A stretch of DNA of 64,000 nucleotides, taken from positions 64,852,001 through 64,916,000 of the forward strand of contig OX597825.1 of the NCBI GenBank assembly GCA_951406725.2, given 5' to 3'. Source of the stretch: Octopus vulgaris (taxonomy: Eukaryota). The notes below the pieces were generated by a model, which had not been told where the DNA came from, did not search any database, and was given only the letters and a program-made list of their open reading frames with translations. A program made the translations under genes and the position numbers. Shown one piece after another: positions 25,310 through 38,931 of this stretch. Numbering within the stretch: position 1 is the stretch's first letter; each line of letters starts with the position of its first letter.

Positions 25310-25950
25310 GGCGGCGAGCTGGCAGAAACGTTAGCACGACGTACAAAATGCTTCGCTGTATTTCGCCTGACTTCACGTTCTGACTTCAAATTCCGCCGAG
25401 GTCGACTTTGCCTTTCATCCTTTCGGGGTCGCTTAAACAAGTACCAGTTACGCACTGGGGTCGATATAATCGACTTGATCCGTTTGTCTATCCTTGTTTG
25501 TCCCCTCTGTTTAGCTCCTTGTGGGCAATAAAGAAATAAGAAACGTTAGCACGCCGGGCGAAATGCTTAGCGGTATTTCGTCTGCCGCCACGTTCTGAGT
25601 TCAAATTCCACCGAGGTCGACTTTGCCTTTCATCCTTTCGGGGTCGATAAATTAAGTACCAGTTACGAACTGGGGTCGATGTAATCGACTTAATACCTAT
25701 GTCTGTCCTTGTTTGTCCCCTCTGTGTTTAGCCCCTTGTGGGTAATAAAGAAATAGGTATTTCGTCTGTCTTTACGTTCAGAGTTCAAATTCCGCTGGGG
25801 TCGACTTTACTTTTCATCTTTTCGGGGTCGACAAATTAAGTATTAGTTACATACTGAAGTCGATCTAATCGACTGGCCCCCTTCCTAAAAAAAGTTCGGG
25901 CCTTGTACCTAGAGTAGAAAAGGTTATATAATTGTATAGATTAGAAAAGT
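25310..25950 (+). mobile_element. Nin-domain SINE family B, three-unit array with duplicated 3' end
   Basis: Head ggcggcgagctggcagaaacgttagc and three Nin units. 17-bp TSD ttatataattattcaaa (25293-25309 / 25951-25967). Confidence 0.93.
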
Positions 25951-26684
25951 TTATATAATTATTCAAAAGCATTGCGAGAGTAAATTTCAGATAGATGTGT
26001 CCTCTCTGTTTTTATTTGTAGACGTCGGCCAATTCCGATCAATGAGACACTTGTGCACCGTCTTTTCTAGTGTTGTATTCACAAGGAACAATGAACTCCA
26101 TTAATTCAACGTGTTCTTTCTTAAACATGCCAGAAAATAATATTTGAGAACCATTTGGCTGTTATTTCAAGTATGTTACCACCCGACGTGGAAACTTATT
26201 CTTTGACTTAAAATAGAACTAGTCATTTAAGAAGCCTTTCTAATGTCACAGACAAGTCTTCCTCTGAAACCATTTTTCTATTCTTTGAAATTTGCTGATA
26301 GACTGAATACATTGAAAAGTTCCTCTCATTAGAAATACGCTGATTGAGAGAGGAAATTAAACATAATTTTCAGATCTACTTACCTAATTAATCCAGGTGA
26401 AATGCATTCAGTTAAATCTTAATTACTTTCTTTCATCCTGTCATTTTTCGTCGATTAATGAAACTAACGTGTTCAGAAAGATATTTTACTATGAACTAAT
26501 TTCCGATAAACAGAACTTCACCAATATTACTTTAATAACAAATCTCTTACACAAGATAACTCTAATCTATTTACGTGCCATGAATACGGGTGTGGATTCT
26601 GTTTATCTATGCCTCTCTGTTAAAGAAATATATATGTCTGTATGCGTGTTTTTCTATGCATATATATACACACACACACACACA

Positions 26685-26721
<37 letters not shown>

Positions 26722-26901
26722 TTGTACATATGTGTGCGAGTATATATGTATATACCAATAAATATATGCATACACATATGTGCACACACACACAAATATA
26801 TATATAGATATATTTATAAATATATGTATATATGATATACAATTTATACATATATACATATATATACATATTATATACATATGCATACATATATAGTTGT
26901 T

Positions 26902-26939
<38 letters not shown>

Positions 26940-27065
26940 TACGTACATACAGTGAGAGAAAGAGAGGGAGAAAGAAAGGGAGAGAGAGACAGAGAGATGT
27001 GGCAGCAAACTAGAAGCGTTGTTAGGAGGAAGGATAGATGCTTTCTATTATTTATTCAAGCTTAA

Positions 27066-27279
27066 GGCGGTGAGTTGGCAGAGTCGTTAACACGCCAGAC
27101 AAAGTGTTTTACGGCATGTCGTCCGTCCTTACGTTCTGAGTTCAAATTCCGCCAAAGTTGACTTTGCCTTTCATCCTTTCTGAGTCGATAATATAAGCAC
27201 CAGTTAAGAACTGGGATCGATGTATTCGAATGATACCTCTACCGCGAAATTGCTGGCCTTGTACCAAAATTTGAAACCA
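27066..27279 (+). mobile_element. Family B SINE monomer
   Basis: ggcggtgagttggcagagtcgttaac...gagttcaaattccgcc...gcctttcatcctttc...ggccttgtaccaaaatttgaaac. Degenerate TSD ttat(t/a)caagctt. Confidence 0.88.
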
Positions 27280-27550
27280 CTACTTATACAAGCTTGTTGC
27301 GTCCGGATTTCGAATTCTGTCTTGTCATTTATTCATTTGGTCTCGATAAAGAAAGCTCCAATACAGAGCAACCGACTGATGGAATTGTTAGAACGTCTGC
27401 TAAGATGCAGTGTAACATAATGTTTTGGATGTTCATCTCGTGATCAAAACACCATGATTTCCATTTCGAGACTGGGTGTTTCTTTGTATCCTGGAGCAAA
27501 GCACTTTATTTTAAGGTGGCTCGAATCTTCACAGTCAAGTGTGTGTGCAG

Positions 27551-27620
<70 letters not shown>

Positions 27621-28485
27621 ATCTGTGTGTGTGTCTAGGCTTATTATGCCTACTTCGATATCTCTAGAGACTTATGCATAATTTCCCACACAGGTATTAG
27701 TTGAACTCGTTCAATGCTGTATTTTGAAGATGACTAACATTAGGATATTCCACTTGTGTGGCCACTTTCAGTCTCCTGCCCTCCTGAACAAAGTCATAAA
27801 TATATGGAGTCAACGGAAATTTTGAGGGCTTAAGTTTGAGTCTGCAATTTATAGGCAAAACCGCACTGGCTTGGTTTCGTGTTGTGTAAACAACGCATAT
27901 TGAGTTATTCACTTAGAAAAATACATGGTGCTGCAATAAAAACAAAACGACAAGTACAGTTATTATAGAAATATTCATTTATGTTTGTCACCCAGCCAGC
28001 TATAAATAGCAATGAGAGCTCTCTCATATTTGCTTTTATCGTGTTTGAAATAAATGAAAATATTGGATAAATGCAATGAACACAACAGGACCTAGGACTT
28101 ACAAGTCTCGAACCTGACATAACCGTAGAGTTAGATCCTGTTCAACATTAGCACGATTAACGATAAGCTAGCATCTTTTATTTGAATGTACGTTGTGCAG
28201 ACAATCAGGATTATGGGATATTCATGTAATACCGAATATAAAACTGAATTCCATCAGGAACAGAAACTAGTTTCTGATCACAAATACGATTCCAACTCTG
28301 GCTAAGTGGCTAGTTTGCTAGCTAAATGACCAGCCGGAAGCTTTGGGATTGCCGAGACTGTTTGAAGTTGATTGTGTAGCTGGCAAACATTCTTTTCATT
28401 GGTGATTTGAATACTCCCTCTGAACCTCTGCTGTGTTTATACACTGACGAAATACTTAACCCGTACAAATGCGGCTCAAAATCTT

Positions 28486-28893
28486 ATATCTTTTATCTTT
28501 TACTTGTTTCAGTCATTAGATCTGGGCCATGCTGAGACAGCCTCGAAGAATTTTTTTTGTCGAACGAATCGATCCCAGTATTTATAGATTGTTAAACCTG
28601 GAACTTATTCTATCGAATCCTTGTGTCGAACCGCTACGTTACGTGGAGATAAACATACCAAGACCAGTCATCAAACAGTAGCGCGAAACAAACTCACACA
28701 CGCATACACATTCACGCGCACATACATACATATATAAAACAAGTTTCTTTCCGTTTCCGTCAACCATATCGACTCACAAGACATTGATCGGTGGACGGCT
28801 ATTGTAGAAGACACTTGCCCAAATGTGACACGCTGTTGGACTGAACCCGTATCCATGTGGCTGGCAATCAAGCATCTTATCACACAGCCACGC
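28486..28893 (-). mobile_element. SINE family A, degenerate full length
   Basis: tttacttgtttcagtcatt...gtagaagacacttgccca...ggactgaaccc...cacacagccac is the reverse complement of family A. Confidence 0.85.
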
Positions 28894-30062
28894 AGTATGT
28901 ACAAATTGTAAGAAAGTATGTGGGGGCGGCAAATTGAATTGACTTGCGTAGTATTAGTATGAAGTACTGACGTCGTCCCTCATTTGCTGATTGAGTGATA
29001 TGACTGACTGTTGAATGTTACAAGTGCGCACAAATTCAGATTAGGTGAGAAGATGAACGAAAACCAGTAACGGGTTCGAAAAATATGGTAGATATTTTAT
29101 AATCTGTTAAAAAAAATACAAAGACTTATCTAATATAGAATATATTTTCAAGAAAACAATGGCCTAACAATCAATACATTCTGTCTTGAATACCGTTCAG
29201 TTCCTTCTCTTCACATTCAGTGATTTATCTAACCAAAACTAAATTCAAAACAGTTCATTATATCTTGAACTTGTAGAGCTACAGTAGAAATAGCAGCAGC
29301 AACAACAACAACAACTATAGCAACAACTAGAAGCCCATAACCAAAACAAAATTCAAAATAGTTCATTATATATGAACTTGAGGAGCTGCAGTAGAAATAG
29401 CAGAGTAGCAACAACAGCAGCTATAACAACAACAACAACAAGCAGAAGACCATCAGAACACATATCAACGAGAAAACTAAAATTAATATATTAGACAAGA
29501 GTGTGCTAGTCACGTTTGCGGAAATGAGAATAAAAATAAATAAATAAAAGCCAACGTCAATATTTGCAAAGAGTCAGTAACAAAACACAGCGAGGTCAGA
29601 AAGTGTCAAAGCTAAACAGCTTTTGACACCTTTCACAAAGCACATACATCCATGCTAACAAAAGGGCTGGGGTGAGTACCTTAGGTGAAGGTTCTGCATA
29701 CAAAATACACACTCACTGTAGGGTGTCGCTTTTGTAATAAAGAGTGTGTTGAATAACTTCTACTAACTTGGATTACTAAGGAATATTTAGTGGATGACAA
29801 CGACGTCAAGAGATGTTCAAATTCTACAAAGCACTAGCAAGAGAGGTAACTCGAATAAAACAGCAGATATTTTAATTTTATTATTAAAAACAATGCAAGG
29901 AAATGGATGATGGTTTTAAAGCCTTCTGGAATAAAGAAATCGACCTGTTTTTTTTATGAAATGCTAACCCCAAAAGCCACGCGAATTCCAATCACTTAAC
30001 AAAATCAGAAGTGATAGCTACACACACACACACACATACATATATATTTATGTAAGTATGTA

Positions 30063-30629
30063 TGTCATTATTCAGTTTATTTCAAGATTTCTTGTCAATA
30101 GAGAAAGAATTGTTTTCTAACCTAGATCCAAGGCTCCTTCATTGGAATTTCAACATCAACAACGGGGTATTTTTGTATGTGTATGTGCATGCTTGTATAC
30201 ATGTATGTATACATGTAAGTATATATGTATGCATGTATGTATGTATGTATGTATGTATGTATGTATGTATGTATGTATGTATGTATGTATGTATGTATGT
30301 ACAGATTTATTTGGTTTATGTATGTATTCTGATGCATATAGTTACATACCTAGACATGCTCATATAGATGTAAATGATAAACTTCTGGAAAGTTTTGCAG
30401 ATTTATACAGTTCCAGTGATAGATTGGATCTGTAGTCTTCGAATTAGTTTTGTCTTTTCTCGTCTTCAGAAGCATAATTTCTCAAGATTGGTATTTAGGC
30501 AGTGTGTTACATATCCCAGGGCCCCAATAATTACAGGTATAAACGTAATCTTTTGTTCTGGATAAAGCAACTGCATATTTCTCAATAGCTTAGCGTAGGT
30601 GTTCTCTTTTTCACTGATCTTTAGCCTTA
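30063..30629 (-). mobile_element. 5'-truncated restriction-like-endonuclease LINE (R4/Dong-like): C-terminus and 3' UTR
   Basis: Minus frame reads KISEKENTYAKLLRNMQLLYP..FIPVIIGALG...RLQIQSITGTV*ICKTF (two in-frame stops). This matches the K..Y..L and P.IIGALG motifs at the end of RLE-LINE ORFs. Bounded by (TATG)n. Confidence 0.75.
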
Positions 30630-30682
30630 TGTATGTATGTGTATGCATGCGTATATGTACCCTTTTCTTTTCTTTTACTGAT

Positions 30683-30895
30683 TTGCTTGTTTCAGTCATA
30701 CAACTGCGACCATGCTGGGTTACCGCCAGGAAGAATTTTAGTCACCAAATCGAAATCATTGCTTATTTTTTAAATCCTGACTCGTATTCAATCGGTTTGC
30801 TTCATCGAACCGTTAGACCAACAAGTCCTTAAACACAAAAAGCATCGGTTGTCAAGTAGTGGGTGGAGAGAGAGATACATAAGCACAAAGACACA
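30683..30895 (-). mobile_element. SINE family A, 3' half, degenerate
   Basis: cttgtttcagtcat...gaccatgctgg...agcatcggttgtcaag. Confidence 0.7.
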
Positions 30896-30928
30896 AATGC
30901 ATCCACAATCACATTCACAAACACTTTA

Positions 30929-31186
30929 AAATAAATAATATAAATGCGCCCTTTTTAAAGCCTAGCCAGGCTCATGGGCCCGGTTTCCCGGTTTCTATGT
31001 CTTCCCCAGCTGGACGGAACGCCAGTCCATCGCAGCGTTACTCCTTTTTGCCAGCTGAGTGAACCTGAGCAACGTGAATTGAAGTGTTTTGCTCAAGAAC
31101 ACAACGCGTCGCCCGGTTCAGGAATCGAAACTACAATCTTACGATCATGATGCTGACACCCTACCCACTAAGCTACACGCCTCCAC
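30929..31186 (-). mobile_element. SINE family C, full length
   Basis: Matches the 10850 copy. 13-bp TSD cacaaacacttta (30916-30928 / 31188-31200). Confidence 0.93.
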
Positions 31187-32575
31187 ACACAAACACTTTA
31201 CCAACACAAAAAATGCAGTTAGTCTGAATATGAATAATACAGTGTTCCATAAAAAAAAATGCACAATGGTGCTGTCGTCATGGTGGTGTTGGTGTTGTTG
31301 GTGGTAGTGGTGAAGTCTCACATCACGTATTGCAGCGTAGGTTCTTGTTTTGAGATATGCAAACTAACAGTGATTCGCTATAGTATTTGGTTCTTTGTCT
31401 TACAGATATAAGAGACTGAATCTATGTGCGTGTTACTGAGTGCCTAAGTTCACACGTTTCGCTGCTCACTTGTTGAAATTACAGGATATATATTCTATAA
31501 TGATATGTCTTTATTGTATCATTGTTTGTTTTCGGGGTTATTTTTGCCATATTTTTTTTTCTTTTCATCTCTGTTTCTTAATCTTCCTACTACTGGTTCT
31601 GGTCTTGAAATTGACGCTTCGCACATCTGAGTGTAAAGTATTCTAGTTTGAATCGAGACATCGACTGAATTACGCAACAAATATATATCTATAATTACTA
31701 TAATATCATTCTTTTCATATATTGTTATATATCATTAAAATTCAGTTTAGTTGCTATATTATGCAAAATTATTGTTATTATATTTTTTTATAATATCAAT
31801 TTGCTTACTTTGCACAAATAGACAATTTTTAATGCGATTTTGTTTGATCTTTTAAATGCTGTGATATTGTTTCGCTTCCATACTTTCCTCATCTACATTC
31901 CTCTAATTAAAATACGAACAAAATTAGTGTGATATGGAAATTCTATGTTCTGCTATTTTTCCCTTCACTATATATATATGTTTTTTAACTTAAAATTTTA
32001 CTTCATAAATATATGTTTTATTCATTGTCGTCATAATACACTTTTCTGAGATTTCAATTCGTTTTAGTTTGCCGAATTTGACACATGTATGAATCTCAAA
32101 CATTTTGTTTCTACTATTTTCCCTTTCTTATATTTTTTCCTTTCTTTCTTTTTATTTATTTATGTATTTGCTTTTCGTTTTTTTTTTTTTTTTCATTTCT
32201 CCAACTCGATGGTATTCAAATTTCATGTGATGCAGTCTTTGTTTCCAAACTTTTTTACTTCAAATCACGTTTTACAAAATTCTATTGCTTTTCATCCATA
32301 TAATTCCTAACTAGATTTAGAAATGTTCAGTGATGTAAGTATATATGTATGCATGTATGAATGTATGTATGCATGAATGCATGCATACATGTATGTATAA
32401 CGCTATGCATGCATGTATACATATATGCATATGTGTGTGTATATATATATATATAAATATGCTTACATGAATTTATATATACATATATATCAGTAGATAG
32501 TTTTAAATATGTATTACTTAACTAGATGTCACAAAGTTCAGTGATATACACCTGTATACGCACACGCACATACAC

Positions 32576-32617
<42 letters not shown>

Positions 32618-32901
32618 AACATTATGATCTACATTTGCTTTGTATACGATGGCTATGAAATCTACAATACATTAGTGATCATACTAAACGATTGCACAGG
32701 GGGCTTCGAATACAGCGGCTGACACGGGAAGTAACGACCAAGAAGAAAGTAACTGATTCAGGACAGCGATCAGACACAAATCAAGGTTTCAAATATGAAG
32801 CTCGCCAGGAGACCATTCTCGCCATTTTCAAACTATGATTGAGATAAAGTTGAGACTGTTTAATCTTGACCTAGGCATAAATTAAAAAATAAATAGATAT
32901 A

Positions 32902-33275
32902 GGCTCAGGAGTGGCTGTGTGGTAAGTAGCTTGTTTACCAACCACATGGTTCCGGGTTCAGTCCCACTGCGTGGCACCTTGGCCGAGTGTCTTCAGCTAT
33001 AGCCTCGGGCCGACCAAAGCCTTGTGAGTGGATTTGGTAGACGGAAACTGAAAGAAGCCTGTCGTATATATGTATATATGTGTGTGCGTGTATGTTGCTT
33101 GACAACTGATGCTGGTGTGTTTATGTCCCCGTAACATAGCGGTTCGGCAAAAGAGACCGATAGAATAAGTACTGGGCTTACAAAGAATAAGTCCTGGGGT
33201 AGAGTTGCTCGATTAAAGGCGGTGCTCCAGCATGGCCGCAGTCACATGACTGAAACAAGTAAAAGAGTAAAAGGG
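32902..33275 (+). mobile_element. SINE family A, full length
   Basis: A box TGGCTGTGTGG, B box GGTTCAGTCCC, CORE-like caccttggccgagtgtctt, internal (TA/TG)n, and tail gtaaaagagtaaaag. Confidence 0.92.
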
Positions 33276-33440
33276 TATATAGATAGATAAACAGATATAT
33301 ATAGAGAGAGAAAGAGGGAGATGAGGTGTTGTAGCTTAGTGATAAGAGTGTTCTTCACAATATTGTGGTTTTAGTTCCCAGACCGATGCTGCGTATTTCA
33401 CTTCTGTTCTAATCTTGATTACTTATGGCACGAAAAACGA

Positions 33441-33850
33441 GGCGCAGGAGTGGCTGTGTGGTAAGTAGCTTGCTTACCAACCATATGGTTCCGGGTTCAG
33501 TCCCACTGCGTAGCATCTTGGGCAAGTGTCTTCTGCTATAGCCTCGGGCCGACCAATGCCTTGTGAGTGGATTTGGTAGACGGAAACTGAAAGAATCCTG
33601 TCGTATATATGTATATATGTATGTATGTGTATATATGTGTGTCTGTGTTTGTCCTCCCAACATTGCTTGACAACCGATGCTGGCGTGTTTACGTCCCCGT
33701 CACTTAGCGGTACGGCAAAAGAGACCGATAGATTAAGTACTAGGCTTACAAAGAATAAGTCCTGTGGTCGGTTTGCTCAACTAAAGATGGTGTTCCAGCA
33801 TGGCCACAGTCAAATGACTGAAACAAGTAAAAGAGTAAAGAGTAAAAGAG
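33441..33850 (+). mobile_element. SINE family A, full length
   Basis: Same architecture as the 32902 copy. Tail of (GTAAAAGA)-like repeats x3. Confidence 0.92.
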
Positions 33851-33892
33851 TATATATACATGCGCACGCACGCATACGTATATGTGCACATA

Positions 33893-34110
33893 GGCGTAGG
33901 AGTGGCTGTGTGGTAAGTGGCTTGCTTACGAACCACATGGTTCCGAGTTCGGTCCCAGTGCGTGGCACCTTGGGCAAGTGTCTTCTACTATGTCCTCGGG
34001 CCGACCAGGGTCGTGTGAGTGGATTTGGTGGACGGAAACTAAAAGAAGCCCGTCGTTTACATGTATATATATATATATATATTGTGTGTATATGTGTGTT
34101 CTTGTGCGCT
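33893..34110 (+). mobile_element. SINE family A, 5' half
   Basis: ggcgtaggagtggctgtgtgg...caccttgggcaagtgtctt...aagaagcccgtcg, ending in the internal microsatellite. Confidence 0.9.
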
Positions 34111-34879
34111 TAGCAAACACAGCATTGACACGTCCTTTTCCTACCATCCCGTTTAGATGATGAAGCCTAAAATGTGTAAACTGTTCGTTAATGGACTTAG
34201 AAACTCTATTATTTCAAACTGAAACAATTGTTTTGTATCTTGAACATAACATATTTGAAAGAAAATATATCCAACACTCAGACAAAATATCTGCATACGT
34301 GTGTGAGTGCGTATGTGTCTGTGTGTGTATGAACCTCTGCGCGAGCGAATCTGTGTGTTTCAGGCATTTTTATTCATGACTCGGCTGTACATTGTATGCC
34401 ACTCTGGTGGCCCTTATACAATAGCACTAATCATAACCATGAGTTGGACAACAATAGCAATATCAATTATTATAATTAGAAGAAAAAACGTCTGATACAT
34501 CATCAAGCGAGTATAGTTTAATAGTAGGAGCCTCTGTAGAAAATAGGTGACATTCGACTCTCTCACCTGACGAACTGAAGAATAAAATATTTAAAAATCT
34601 TCTTTGGTTCTCCGCTAACGGAAAGCAGCATGCTTCCTTTTGTTCACTAAACAATTGCACTATTATTCACTCTGCGTCGCACACATCCCCTGCTCTTTCT
34701 TATCGCTTTGTTTGTCTTTTTTTTCTTCTGAATTTTCTTTTTACATAACTATCCGTCTTTTACTGTTCTTACCGCTTTCTCTCTTTAATGTTAATACATA
34801 TCTCTTTATACTTTCCGTATATTGTTTCTCACACTCTGTCTCTCAAAATACCTCCCGTATTGTCTCTCTCTCGTCTTTC

Positions 34880-34955
<76 letters not shown>

Positions 34956-34972
34956 TTATCTATCTGTCTATC
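34880..34972. repeat. (TATC)n microsatellite
   Basis: Directly visible. Confidence 0.95.
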
Positions 34973-35607
34973 CATCTCTCCATCCAATTATTCAACTATC
35001 TAATATCTATTTCTTCCTCTGCCGGCCTGCCTCTATGCTATCTTTTTGCCTTTATACTAAAGCATATACTTAATTTCGTGTTTGAATAATAACGTCTGCC
35101 AATAGCACGTTGTAGTACGTATTGTTGTTTTCGTTGGCGATCTTGATGATGGTGTTGATGTCAATGATGATGCTGATGGAAGTATTGTAGTTATTATTGT
35201 TAATAGTCATATTGGTGGTGGTGGCGGTGGCGGTGGCGGTGGTGTTAGTGGTTGTTGTAGTTATAGTTTTGTACGCGATAATTATGGCGATATTAGAAAA
35301 CTATCATAGCAGTTGTAGCGATTTTTTGCTGTTGTTCTTTAGCCCCAGGCCAACCCTAATTGACAAGGCATATGATCAAAAACATTTCAATTGTGAGCAT
35401 CTAATCACTTTTTTTTTCTTCAGGTAACATGCATCCAATACGATATTACTTAATATGTTCTTCCTCTGTGCAAAATTTGCCTGTTATTTCCAGGAGTTGA
35501 GGTGATTGCTCTAAAGCACCTTCTTTTGCTCGTGATATAAGATAGCAGCAGTAATGGTAGTAGACGTAGTAGTTGTTGTTGTTGTTGTTGGTGGTGGTGC
35601 TGCTGCT

Positions 35608-35844
35608 GGTGGCGAGCTGGCAGAAACGTTAGCACGCCGGGCGAAACGCTTAGCAGTATTTCGTCTGCCGTTACGTTCAGAGTTCAAATTCCGCCGAGGT
35701 CAACTTTGCCTTTCATCCTTTCGGGGTCGATAAATTAAGTACCAGTTACGCACTGGACTGGGGTCGATGTAATCGACTTAATCCGCTTGTCCCGTCCTTG
35801 TTTGTCCCCTCTGTGTTTAGCCCCTTGTGGGTTGTAAAGAAATA
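35608..35844 (+). mobile_element. Family B SINE monomer, 'X-tail' subfamily
   Basis: Ends precisely at AAAGAAATA. 15-bp TSD ggtggtgctgctgct (35593-35607 / 35845-35859). Confidence 0.93.
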
Positions 35845-37162
35845 GGTGGTGCTGCTGCTGGTGGTTGTGGTTGTAGTGCAGTTGTTGTTGGTGGTGGTTT
35901 TGATTTTGTTGAAGTTGTTGTTGTTGTTGGGTAGTTGTGCTGTTGATGATACGGTCACAGTGACTAAAAAAATATGGGATCCTGTAATTAATCCACTCGC
36001 CCAGTAATTATCCTTCGCTGGCCTATCACAATAGAAAGAAGAATTAGTGAGAAGAGAAGCAGTTAAAACAACTTTTCAATACCTCCTTCCTTCCTTCGTT
36101 TTCTCTTTCTCTCCAACTCTCTCAAACTCACTTTCACCATCCTTTTATTCCTTTATATTTCACCCTTTATTTACACTATTTCTCTCCTCATACCTCAGTC
36201 CTTCCCCCTTTTCAGATACAAATCAATCCACTCTCCTCCCTCTCTCCCTCTCGCTATCACCTTTTCGCTTTGTCACTTTCACTTCTCCCTATACCTTCTG
36301 GACATTCATCAGCCTTCTTTTATTTTACCAACTCTCACCTTACACAGCCGCATTTCCCTGTCTCGTTTATAACCTTGCTTCATCTTATTATTTCCACGTT
36401 TTCTTCTTCATTCTGCTAGTTCTTATACCATTTGACCTTCCTTTTTTTTAAATATATTTCAGTCTATTTAATTTCAGTCCATCGCTATATCTTTTAACTC
36501 CTTGCCACGCATACTCATACATGCTATTCTCCAGTATCTGTAAAATAACACCAAGCCTCCCCCCGCCTGTCATACTTCTCCCTTTCTGTTTCTCCATCTA
36601 CCTTATTAAATTCTCCATTATTCTTTTTCTGCCTATCGGTCGCATCTGCTTTCTCCGCGTACAACCTCTATTATCTTCCTTTGTATCTCTCCGCATTTTC
36701 TCGTGATAAGTGAGGTCACTTCGTTCTTACAGGTGAAATAAACATCGGAAAAGCTTTGTTGCACGCAGAAACCGAACACTCTGTTTAAACAAATTTCCAG
36801 CTCTTCTTCCGATAGCGACTAAAGCTATCGTCTGCACTTCACCAGTATGAGGCGGCCATGACTAATCTTAGCTTTTTGCCTGCAAAAAGGTTCCATATAT
36901 GTTCTCTCGTCAACCTCAACAACCTCAAACTGGTTTCAACAGCCATATCAAACTTTTCGGTGGCTTCTTTCAGTTGCTTGCGTTCAAAAATAATTTTCTG
37001 TAGGAAATAGTGTACTGATGGTCGTAAACATATCTGTCCAATTTTATCACTTCAGAGGAAATATCAATCAAATAATGCATTTTCCCTCCATGAACATACT
37101 CCATCGGGTATTGGGACATTTCAAAATTGTCAAATACAAATAACCACAAGCTACATGCACTC

Positions 37163-37227
<65 letters not shown>

Positions 37228-37447
37228 ATATATCTATATATATATATATCTATCTACCTATCTATCTATCTACCTACCTACCTACCTACACACACACACA
37301 CACACACATATATGTATGTATATATTTATATGGGCATTACTACACATAAATGCCTCACGTTATGAGGGACACTTAGTCAAAACTAACATAATAAATACAT
37401 TGTACTGAACGCGTGGGAATTCAACTCTAGAAGGGAGCTCCTTATGC

Positions 37448-37478
<31 letters not shown>

Positions 37479-37712
37479 TTCTGTACATCTAACTATGAAT
37501 CTATATATCTATCTGTCCGTCTGTTTATATAACCAGAGATGTACTTTGCTTGGACTTTTTTCTTCTGTCTTGGCCTTTCCTCAGCCCTCTTTGAGACGTT
37601 ACACATCCACTATTCTTTCCCTCTTATACTGAGCGTCAACTAATACGTTCAATGTGTACGTCCTTTTGACTTTTGTTATTTTAAACTTTCGATTTGCCCA
37701 TATATGGTATAT

Positions 37713-37749
<37 letters not shown>

Positions 37750-38640
37750 TATGTATGTATTCGCGCACACTCACACACATTTTATATCATATATCCATAC
37801 ATTCACATATATTATATATTCATAACATATAATAAAATAATATTGAAAATCATATTAATAGAACAATCAATAAATATATCAGTTTCACAAAGAGAATTAT
37901 GCAATCAAATTTAGACAAAATATCAGAATCGAAACATATTGATCTCCGAACCACACAGACATGCTAGTAACTCCAAAGAACTCCCGCTATGATCCTCTAC
38001 TTATACAACATATATTTGAACGAGCAGCCTCCTCATAAACAAAACACCTATGGCTATATACATCTTAAATTCCATACCTTACAAACGAAATCGATTAGAA
38101 GCTGGTTATATCTATTTCCCTATTGTTAAGAAATAGAAACTTGCCCTAAGCAGCACTTCAAATGTTTCAAATAAGTTACTTATACTTTGCATAGTTATCC
38201 TTCATACGAACGTCAGAACTATAAAATCAATACGTTGAGATTTTCGGTTTTTTTTTTGGTTTTGCTTTATTTAATTTTTTTTTTAATGATTATATTTAGT
38301 ATTTTCCCCGATGTCATATACATATAGATTGTCACATAAAGACAGCTATGAATCTTGGAATATATCTTTTGGCAAACGCTACTGAAATTATTCAATGTTT
38401 CGCAGTTAGAAATCTATATACAGGTAAATGTGCAGTTTATTAATGCGAAATAAAATTTCATGGTTTCTTATCAAACCCCAGAATACACGAATAATAGATA
38501 AATGTAACAATATGATCATTTCATTGTTTTCTCATCTCTCTCTCTCTCTCTTTATCTCTCTCTCTCTCTCTCTCTCTCGCATACATACACACATTCTGTG
38601 TGTTAACAGATACCACCAGCGAGGCACTAGTGAACCCATA

Positions 38641-38909
38641 ATAATAATAATAATAATAAATGCGCCCTTTTAAAGCCTAGCCAGGCTCATGGGCCCGGTT
38701 TCCTTGTTTCAATGGGGTATGTGTTCCCCAGCTGGACGGAACGCAAAGTCCATCGAAGTGTTACTCATTTTTGCCTGCTGAGTGGACTGGAGCAACGTGA
38801 AATGAAGTGTTTTGCTCAAGAGCACAACGCGTCGCCCGGTCCAGGAATCGACACCATAATCTTACGATCATGATGCTGACACCCTAACCACTAAGCCACA
38901 CGCATCCAC
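38641..38909 (-). mobile_element. SINE family C, full length
   Basis: (TTA)n tail and 12-bp TSD agtgaacccata (38629-38640 / 38910-38921). Confidence 0.93.
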
Positions 38910-38931
38910 AGTGAACCCATACAAGTGCATA

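Noticed and set aside
28261-28276. Perfect 16-bp palindrome cagaaactagtttctg
   Set aside because: Isolated and short, with no associated structure; plausible by chance in AT-rich DNA.
33625-34113. ORFs such as MCIYVCLCLSSQHCLTTDAG... and the recurring RLPNPLTR peptides
   Set aside because: They are readings of family A SINE copies, not genes.
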